NCBI GenBank assembly: GCA_951406725.2 | Contig: OX597827.1 | Span: 57,660,001 to 57,724,000 of the forward strand | Direction of reading: 5' to 3' | DNA: 64,000 nt | From: Octopus vulgaris | Lineage: Eukaryota | In this document: positions 56,419-64,000 of the stretch, one piece after another | How positions within the stretch are numbered: position 1 is the stretch's first letter | How the letters are laid out: each line of letters begins with the position of its first letter | The notes under the pieces: model-generated | What the model was told of the DNA's origin: nothing | The model's input: the letters and a program-made list of their open reading frames with translations, nothing else | The model's database searches: none | Position numbers and translations under genes: made by a program

Positions 56419-56454
56419 CTTCGGCTTATAGAGCCACCTTCGCAGAGAGTTCAT
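56419..56454 (-). CDS. ZFYVE28: First coding exon of lateral signaling target protein 2 homolog (ZFYVE28/LST2)
   Basis: Minus strand reads ATG AAC TCT CTG CGA AGG TGG CTC TAT AAG CCG AAG|GTAAGT = MNSLRRWLYKPK plus a consensus phase-0 donor. It matches the recalled ZFYVE28 N-terminus (human MMNRFRKWLYKPK). A at -3 of the ATG; lies just downstream of a CpG-rich region. Too short for the ORF track. Confidence 0.85.
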
Positions 56455-57134
56455 CCTACCGCCAGTGCTTTCATTCCAGCGTGACCAGAAAAAATAGCCT
56501 AGACGTTGAATGTTTGCAACCGAGAAAGAAGGGCAAGTAAAACAAGAAGGCGGGGGTTGAAAAAAAAATAAATAATGTAATCAAGTAGTAATAAACACTG
56601 TCGACCAAAAAAAGAAGAGATTGGAAGCACGAAATGACGAAAGTGATATTATTATTATATATAGTATAATATATATATATATATAAATATATATATATTA
56701 TATATACATATATATCTGTTTGTGTGTGTGTGTGGTACAGAGAATGGGGGGGTAAAAAAATATGTGATAGAAGGTAAGAAATCAGAGAAACAATAATAAT
56801 GCTATATAAGAGGGGAAAAGAGGTGGGTAAAATTGAAGAGATTAAAGAGAGAAAAATGCCTGGGTTTGAGGAGTATAAAAAAAAAAGAAGTGTGTTTGTG
56901 TATTATATATACATATATAAGTGTGTGTGTATATATCTATATATCTGTGCCGTGTATATATACATATACAGTGTGTTTTTAAAACAAACTAGAAGACAAG
57001 CAAACAAAAAATCCGTACTAAAATAGCTACTTAGTTATATAATAGGAGGAAGGGGGGGATCTGAGACATGCAGAAGGAGCGACGAGCCGTGATGGCTCGG
57101 GCATGCGTATTGCATCGGTGAACACCTACCGCGC

Positions 57135-57149
57135 TGACGTCACTTCCGC
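57135..57149 (-). promoter_or_regulatory. Overlapping ETS-CRE composite site GCGGAAGTGACGTCA
   Basis: Plus strand TGACGTCACTTCCGC: a full palindromic CRE overlapping the ETS core CGGAAGTG, same orientation as the minus-strand gene. Confidence 0.7.
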
Positions 57150-57544
57150 TGCTCCTGTCTTGGACTAAACTCTTCTGTTCCCATTTCCTCACGTGCCGTT
57201 TTTTTTTTTTACAGACCGTTCCATCCACGTGAGAATCTAGGATCGGCTTCTTAGTCGTAAAGTCATAATATAATAATAATGTATATAATATAATGATGAT
57301 ATCGGAGTTTGGTTGAGAGGCTGCGACAGTTGAGAGAAAGAGAGAGAGAGAGAGAGCCAGCCATTGGATATGGCTGGTAAACGAATTAAGAAACCTGGGT
57401 TTGCAGAGAGGGCGATGTGTAAGGTTGCGAGTTGAGGCAGGCACCTATTTTGCCTATATGGCATTTCAGACCTGCACAACTCCACTTATTTGAATAGAGA
57501 TAATGACCCCCCGACATGGACTTAAGATCGAATACTAATCGGTC

Positions 57545-57684
57545 GATCCAGTAGGCGGGGCCTCGCATCAGCGAACGGGGCCCGGTGCGCTGTTAAAACC
57601 GCAGAGAGGAAGGCCCCGAAACGGTGCGCATTCTCTCTCTCTCTCTCCTGATGGACCCTAAAACCTGCTGGCATCCAGTTTTTT
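57545..57684 (+). ncRNA. Candidate structured non-coding RNA, family unassigned
   Basis: Terminal helix CCAGTAGG/CCTGCTGG (G-U on plus, C-A mismatch on minus), perfect CGGGGCCT/AGGCCCCG helix, crossing CATCAG/CTGATG pairing, followed by TTTTTT. Confidence 0.3.
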
Positions 57685-57879
57685 ACTGAGTGCACTTGAA
57701 CAAGCAAGCTGTTTCCAAGTCTAATTAATATAAGAGTTGGTGAAGACTGGGGGAGGTCGCCTTCATAAGCTATCGTCGGCTTGGGTCACGAAATCTGACA
57801 AAAAAAAAATCAATAATACGGATCTCCCCGGTTCGTCCTTACCATAAATTTTACCATATGTTCTACTTACATGCCTTCA

Positions 57880-57923
<44 letters not shown>

Positions 57924-60479
57924 TTCTTCTTTTCTCTTTATTCTTTATTACTTGCACATTCTCTCTTTCAAACTTTCGTTCCATCCCCTTCACCACCAGT
58001 ACTTGACGTCTGATGTTTTACCTTCTGGTTCTAATTTTAGCAATGACAAAAAAAATCGTCCGCAGTAACAAGACACACTCTACTCTACTCATTCTATCTA
58101 TGTCAGGAAACTTATTTATATAAATCTTCTCTCGCTCGCTCTCTCCCTCTCTTATATCAAAAAGGGTTAACTGAAAATTAAAACTCAAAAGATTCTTTCA
58201 GCTGTATTTCATTAGTCAAAATATTCTCGTAACCCACAGGGCGTCGAAATGCGAGCAGAATACCTATTTCTATTTCTTTATTACCCACAAGGGGCTAAAC
58301 ACAGAGGGGACAAACAAGGACAGACATAGGTATTAAGTCGATTACATCGACCCCAGTGCGTAACTGGTACTTAATTTATCGACCCCGAAAGGATGAAAGG
58401 CAAAGTCGACTACCTTTATGTAAATGTCCTTTTCTATAATTAACATCGCTAAGCTTGGAAGTAGTACAAATTGTAAAATGCAGAGGAGAGGTTCAACCCA
58501 GTGTTTCTTATGTGGGGGAGGACCGTGATGAATAAAGGCGCACTAATTGCCACTTTTTTTAAAAAATAAAATTAAAATGGTTTTCAACTTCTTAAACTTT
58601 TTCAACTCCATGGTGAGGAAAATATTATGGCTGCAAATATTTTTTACGTTTACTTATTATAAAAGAATGGTGTGCTAAAAATTTCAAGTAGGTCGAAGGA
58701 CAGTAGCACAGCTAGCGGGGCTGTCCGCAGGGTCTTTATAGGTACTTTTGGCCTGCTGTATAAACCTATAAGCTTGTCTAGTGGGAATCCCCAAACCCAT
58801 GCCGTGGGTCATGTGACACCGGGCCACTCTGAAAGAATAAGTTTAAATTTTTTTTTTTTTCCATTGACTATAGCAGTTTGATAGGTATTTTTGGCATTAG
58901 TTCGAATTTTGTGCTTAAACCCCAGCAATGGACGGCCCTTAGGTGCATTATCATTCCATTAAATGTACTTAAGGAAAGAAAAATATTGAAAAACATCAAT
59001 ACATGTCAGAGTGACAAAAAAACAAGAAAAGTATCAGGTGGTCGTAAGATGTGCTAAAGATAACAGCTAAATCGCCCTTAAATCACACCCAATTTTTTTA
59101 TATATATATATATTTCATGAATTTCCGTGTGTGGAACACATATTTGAAAAAATTCTCTGAAAATTCCAAAAAATAAAAGAGTTATGAAGCATTATATGGG
59201 GTACTTAAACACCAGAATTCTGCCTAAATATAATATGTATGTATTATATATGTAATAATTAAGTTATATACTATGTACTAAGTGTTTTGTTATAGGCGTG
59301 ATCCCATGGTTTGTGGGAAAATTGTCTTGCATGAAACCTGTCTGTAACAAAAAAGTTGGGGACCAATTCTGTATAGGCTGTGGGGATCCGGGTGGGGGCA
59401 AACTCAAGAGTTACTCTAACCAGTACATACTCTAACTATGTCACTATGGTGGGAACTTGATATTTGTCAGAAAACAACTGATTCAACCTATTACATGCTG
59501 GAAAATTTCATTACGAAAATTAGTTCCGGGTTTTTATTCATTCTTTAACTTTTGTGAAATCAGTATAGCCTGACAAGTTAGAGACACATCAGCACATTAT
59601 TTTCATGAAATCATTCGCTACTTCCTGGTTTTTACAAATCAATCATGGAAGTGAACTACCAAGTTTTTTTTTAATGTTTTCTCCCTCCCAGGTGACAAGG
59701 TAGCTCCAAAACATCAGAAATCTCCTCTCTTTTGGCATATAAACTTATTTAAACTTCACTAAACAATTTTTGCCAACACTTGCCACTGCCAGTTTCCTCA
59801 GAATGTGTGTACTTTTTTTTTTCTTATTTTTTTATTGCACGGGGTTATTTTGTAGTATCTTTTTCTTCAACAACTTTGGTCATCCTGAAATTGAACCACT
59901 GATGAATCTCAACTAGTCTCTCTAATTGCTAGAAACAGCAGCTAAATCTTTCTGGAAAATCTTTTATCATAAAATTACTCAACTGCAATTGACCTGAAAC
60001 TAAACAACACAAAATTGAACTGACGAGAGAGACAATGTAGTCACTTGACCAGCTAGAGACAACAGTCAAATTCCCTCTAATAACACACACCCCTCTCACC
60101 CTACATAAACATATGTGGCCATCTGATTAAAGAGTTTTCTATGCAGTTACATAGTTTCAGGTTCCGTTTTACTGCGTAGTACCTTGGACAAATATCATCT
60201 ACTAAATCCTTGATACCAATCATCATCATCATCATTTAGCATTCATTTCCCATGATGGCATGAGTTAGATAGCTCAGCTGGAACTGGTAAGATGGAGAGC
60301 CGCACCAGACTCCAGTCCGATTTTGGTTTGGTTTCTATGGCTGAATGACCCTTCCTAACGCCCATGTAAAATCCTTTCACTAAATCCTCGAGTGAAATTG
60401 GATTAACCAAAATTTGTATTATAGCCCATCAGATAGATTATAGCTTTTATCGAGTGAAAGAATAAATTTGGCTGCTGCT

Positions 60480-60990
60480 GTTGCTTCATGTTCTTGCTTG
60501 ATGAGACTGGGATCATCTCAGATTAGTGGTCCCAGAGACATCATCATGTGTAGAGCCAACCAGGCTCACCAGCACTCTCCATTACTGGTAGTCCTGTGTC
60601 AACCCCTCTGCATCCTCCAAAATGATGTCAAGCTTCTGGAGATCTTCCTTAACCATGTCCAGCCATCTGGTGCAGGGTCTGCCATGAAGCTTCTTGCAGC
60701 CTGCAGCTGCTGTATTGAATAAGAGTAAATCCCTGACAGGGTGATCTGACGAGAGAAGGAGGATATGTCCATACCAGTGCATGTGATGGATAGCTATGAG
60801 ATAAGAGACTGCAGGCTGATGCATGCATGTACACAGTTCTTTGTTGGAAACATGATGGTACCATCTGATGTTCTTGATGGTTTTCAGAGCTCTGCTACTG
60901 AAGCCATTGATTTTCTTTGCCAGGGTCTTCAAGAGTTTCTGCTCCATAGAGGAGAATGGCACTTGAGATAATATTACTGCCTGGTCCTTG
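60480..60990 (-). pseudogene. Degraded RTE-type LINE ORF, C-terminal region
   Basis: ORF 60582-60962 has IRW...VSNKEL, WYGHIL and GRPCTRWLDMVKEDL motifs typical of the RTE post-RT region; frameshifted at the N-terminus with a premature stop. Confidence 0.85.
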
Positions 60991-61102
60991 CAGAGTTGGT
61001 GTCATACATTAGACAAACTACGAAATCACCTAGAGTGCCACACAAATTTTAAAATACTAAGATAGAGAATTTCTAAATTTATTTAAAAACACAAACTGTA
61101 AT

Positions 61103-61402
61103 TGTTTGTTCCTTCTTGAGCCATGCCTGGCTCATAAAGGCCGGTTTCCCAGTTTCCTTGGCATATAGGTTCCCCACCTGGATAGGATGCCAGTCTGTTG
61201 CAGGTGAGCTTCAAGATGCAGGAGGAAAGAGTGAGAAAAACTTGTGGCGAAAGAGTTAGCAGAAGTTCGCTGTTACCTTTTGCCAGAGTCACGTGGAGCT
61301 TAGGCGTTTCGCTCATAAACACACACATGCCCAGTCTGAGATTCGAACCCGCGATCCCTCGACTGTGAGTCCACTGCTCTAACCACTAGGCCATGTGCCT
61401 CC
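61103..61402 (-). mobile_element. V-domain-like tRNA SINE, different subfamily
   Basis: Minus strand GGAGGCACATGGCCTAGTGGTTAGAGC...GGGTTCGAATC. TSD ACACAAAC(T/G)GTAAT at 61089-61102 and 61403-61416. Confidence 0.85.
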
Positions 61403-61670
61403 ACACAAACGGTAATAATGATTTCGCATAAGGCTACAATTTTGAGTTGGGGATGGGTTGGGTTAGTTGATGCCATTTAGCCAAGTACTTTATTGGTACC
61501 TTATTTTATTGACCTTGAAAGGATGGAAAGTAAAATTGACCTCTGTTGGATTTTAACTCAGAACATAGAGTCAAAACAAATACCACAAGTATGTTTTTTT
61601 TTTCTGACACTCTTATGATTCTGCCAGCTTGCAACCTTCATAAACCCGTAATAATAGTTGTTTCAAAGGT

Positions 61671-62089
61671 AAGGCGGCAAGCTGGCAGAAACGTTTGCAC
61701 ACCGGGCGAAATGCTTAACATTATTTAGTCTGCCGCTACATTCTGAGTTCAAATTCCTTTGCCTTTCATCCTTTCGAGGTCAATTAAATAAGTACCAGTT
61801 ATGCACTGGGGTCGATATAATTGACTTAATCCGTTTGTTTGTCCTTGTTCGTCCCCTCTGTGTGTAGCCCCTTATGGGCAGTAAAGAAATAAGAAACGTT
61901 AGCACTCCAGGTGAAATGAATATCAATATTTTGTCTGTCTTTACATCCTGAGTTCAAATTCCAGCAAGGTCAACTTTGCCTTTCATCTTTTTGGGGTCAA
62001 TAAATTAAGTACCAGTTGCATACTGGGGTCGATCTAATCGGCTGGTCCCCTTCCCAAAAATTTCGGTCCTTGTGCCTAGAGCAGAAAAG
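61671..62089 (+). mobile_element. Meta-like SINE dimer with 18-bp TSD
   Basis: Two monomers joined near 61892, flanked by AATAGTTGTTTCAAAGGT at 61653-61670 and 62090-62107. Confidence 0.9.
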
Positions 62090-62338
62090 AATAGTTGTTT
62101 CAAAGGTGGTGAGCTGTCAGAATCACTAGCATGCCAGGCAAAACGCACAGCAACATTTTGTCCAGCTTCATGTTTTGAGTTCAAATTTCAATAAAATTAA
62201 CTTTGCCTTTCATTCTTTAGGGATCAATTAAATAAGTACCAGTTGAGCACTGGGATCTGAGATCAATGTGATCAATTTATACCCTCCCCCAAAATTGCTG
62301 GCCTTATGCCAAAATTTGAAACTAATAATAATTGCTTC

Positions 62339-62600
62339 GTGGAGGCGCGTGGCTTAGTGGTTAGGGTGTCAGCATCATGATCGTAAGATTGTGGTTTTGA
62401 TTCCTGGACCGGGCAAAATGTTATGTTCTTGAGCAAAACACTTCATTTCATGTTGCTCGAGTCCACTCAGCTGGCAAAAATGAGTAACGCTGCAATGGAC
62501 TGGCGTCCCGTCCAGCTTGGGAACACATACACTATAGAAACCAGAAAACCGGGCCCATGAGACTGACTAGGCTTTAGAAGGGTGCATTTATTTATTTTAT
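62339..62600 (+). mobile_element. tRNA-derived SINE with V-domain-like segment
   Basis: A-box-like TGGCTTAGTGG, B-box-like GGTTTTGATTCC, V-like CTGCAATGGACTGGCGTCCCGTCCAG. 13-bp TSD TAATAATTGCTTC at 62326-62338 and 62601-62613. Confidence 0.85.
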
Positions 62601-63306
62601 TAATAATTGCTTCAAATTTCAGAGGGAGAGGATTAGTTGATTACATCAACCGCAGTACTTAACTGGTACATTATTTTTGTGAATCCTAAAGAATGAAAAC
62701 AAGAGAATATGCACATCGTTGGACTGGGACAAAGGAATACACATTGTACGACAGAGAGAAGGAGGCATACATTTTCAGACTGGCCAAGATCATTAGATAC
62801 CTTGATTTCAGCTCTAGGCTCTTGGATACTTTTAGCAAAGTTCAGGCAATCACAACTCTTTGGACTATCTCTCCAATTTGAGAATGGCCTATGAATCATG
62901 GTTTTTGTTTCCTCTCTTTCCTCCACCAATCTCAACAAAAAGTTCATGGGTGTTGCTCTTTCGCTTCTATTTTAAACTGTAGAAAAATGAAGCGTGACTG
63001 ACCTGCATTACTCAGTAGCATAAGCCACCATGAAAATTATAGTTTTCTAACAAACTAATTCATCTGAAAAGTCAGGTAATTTCGCTTAATCATTATAATG
63101 AATTGTCATGCTAACTTGTATACATTTCTTTTTAAAACTGGACCGGTGGTGCTGCTTCACATAGTGACATTAATTGACAGTCACTCCTACATCTACAATG
63201 GTGCTGCTGTTGTACACACAGGTATCACTGCATTATACCATGAATGAGAAAGCAAAGTAATTCATTGCACATTGTCCTGAGCTAGTTTTCCAACCTTGTT
63301 CCAATT

Positions 63307-64000
63307 ACAGGTAAGTACAATACCATCAATTCACAACAGGAAAAGTTCCCCATAATCAATTCACTAAAAGAAAGTTCACTGTCATTAATTCCCCACAGGG
63401 AAAGTTTACTGCCATCAATCCATCACAGGGAAGGTTCACTGTCATCAATTCTCCACAGAAAAAATTCACTGCCATCAATCTACCACAGGGAAAGTTCACT
63501 GCCATCAATTCCCAACAGGGAAAATTCACTGCCATCAATCCACACAGGGAAAGTTCACTGCCATCAATTCCCCACAGGGAAAGTTTACTGCCATCAATCC
63601 ACCACAGGGAAAGTTCACTGCCATCAATTCCCCACAAGGAAAGTTCACTGCCATCAATCTACCACAGGGAAAGTTCACTGCCATCAATCCACCACAGGGA
63701 AAGTTCACTGCCATCAATTCCCCACAGGGAAAGTTCACTGCCATCAATTCACCACAGGGAAAGTTCACTGTCATCAATTCACCACAGGGAAAGTTCACTG
63801 CCATCAATTCACCACAAGGAAAGTTCACTGTCATCAATTCACCACAGGGAAAGTTCACTGTCATCAATTCACCACAGGGAAAGTTCACTGTCATCAATCC
63901 ACCACAGGGAAAGTTCACTGTCATCAATCTACCACAGGGAAAGTTCACTGCCATCAATCCACCACAGGGAAAGTTCACTGCCATCAATTCCCCACAGGGA
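63307..64000. repeat. 30-bp minisatellite running off the window end
   Basis: (ACCACAGGGAAAGTTCACTGCCATCAATTC)n, more than 20 units, most diverged at the left edge. Confidence 0.97.

Larger units (their letters stand above)
57050..57840. promoter_or_regulatory. CpG-rich promoter region, possibly bidirectional
   Basis: Local rise in GC and CpG against an AT-rich, CpG-poor background. Contains an ETS-CRE motif (57135-57149), CACGTG E-boxes (57190-57195, 57226-57231), ATTGG near 57363 and (GA)n/(CT)n tracts, 0.6-1.4 kb upstream of the ZFYVE28 ATG. Confidence 0.7.

Noticed and set aside
57517-57550. TGGACTTAAGATC resembling a tRNA-Leu(TAA) anticodon arm
   Set aside because: No D arm, T stem or acceptor stem can be formed.
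57654-57666. CCCTAA as a telomerase RNA template
   Set aside because: Only one repeat is present (not about 1.5), and no convincing downstream pseudoknot, P6.1 or H/ACA domain.
62341-62412. tRNA-like sequences at SINE heads
   Set aside because: They continue into SINE bodies with TSDs and lack a full cloverleaf, so they are not tRNA genes.
63356-63987. Cys-containing repeat protein (ELMAVNFPCG)n
   Set aside because: A 30-bp unit without a stop in one frame; a 1-bp indel near 63540 shifts the frame, as expected for non-coding DNA.
63307-64000. CRISPR-like regular array
   Set aside because: Units are contiguous with no unique spacers, there are no cas genes, and the context is eukaryotic.

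Overview
AT-rich animal genomic DNA dense in repeats and microsatellites. The SINE families, RTE 3' ends with (TGA)n tails and MITEs look like those of an octopus/cephalopod (inference from repeat content, not a database result). Only one host coding feature is recognisable: a 36-nt first coding exon on the minus strand (56419-56454, MNSLRRWLYKPK followed by GTAAGT) that matches the N-terminus of ZFYVE28/LST2. Positions 1-56418 therefore appear to be one intron of at least 56 kb; I did not find exon 2 by eye. Upstream lies a CpG-rich promoter with an exact overlapping ETS-CRE motif and a GC-rich foldable segment ending in T6 (candidate ncRNA). The rest is tRNA-derived SINEs, piggyBac/hAT/Tc1-mariner MITEs, Helitrons, RTE and CRE LINE remnants, Penelope-like hammerhead relics and compound micro/minisatellites. 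The long ORFs in the track are microsatellite artefacts. Best leads: the structured RNA candidate, a tRNA-headed SINE with a hammerhead-like core, an 85-bp foldback, a templated inverted insertion, recurrent RTE insertion at one MITE site, SINE dimers and a uORF overlapping the start codon. I found no clearly new multi-gene system. Boundaries of degraded repeats are approximate.
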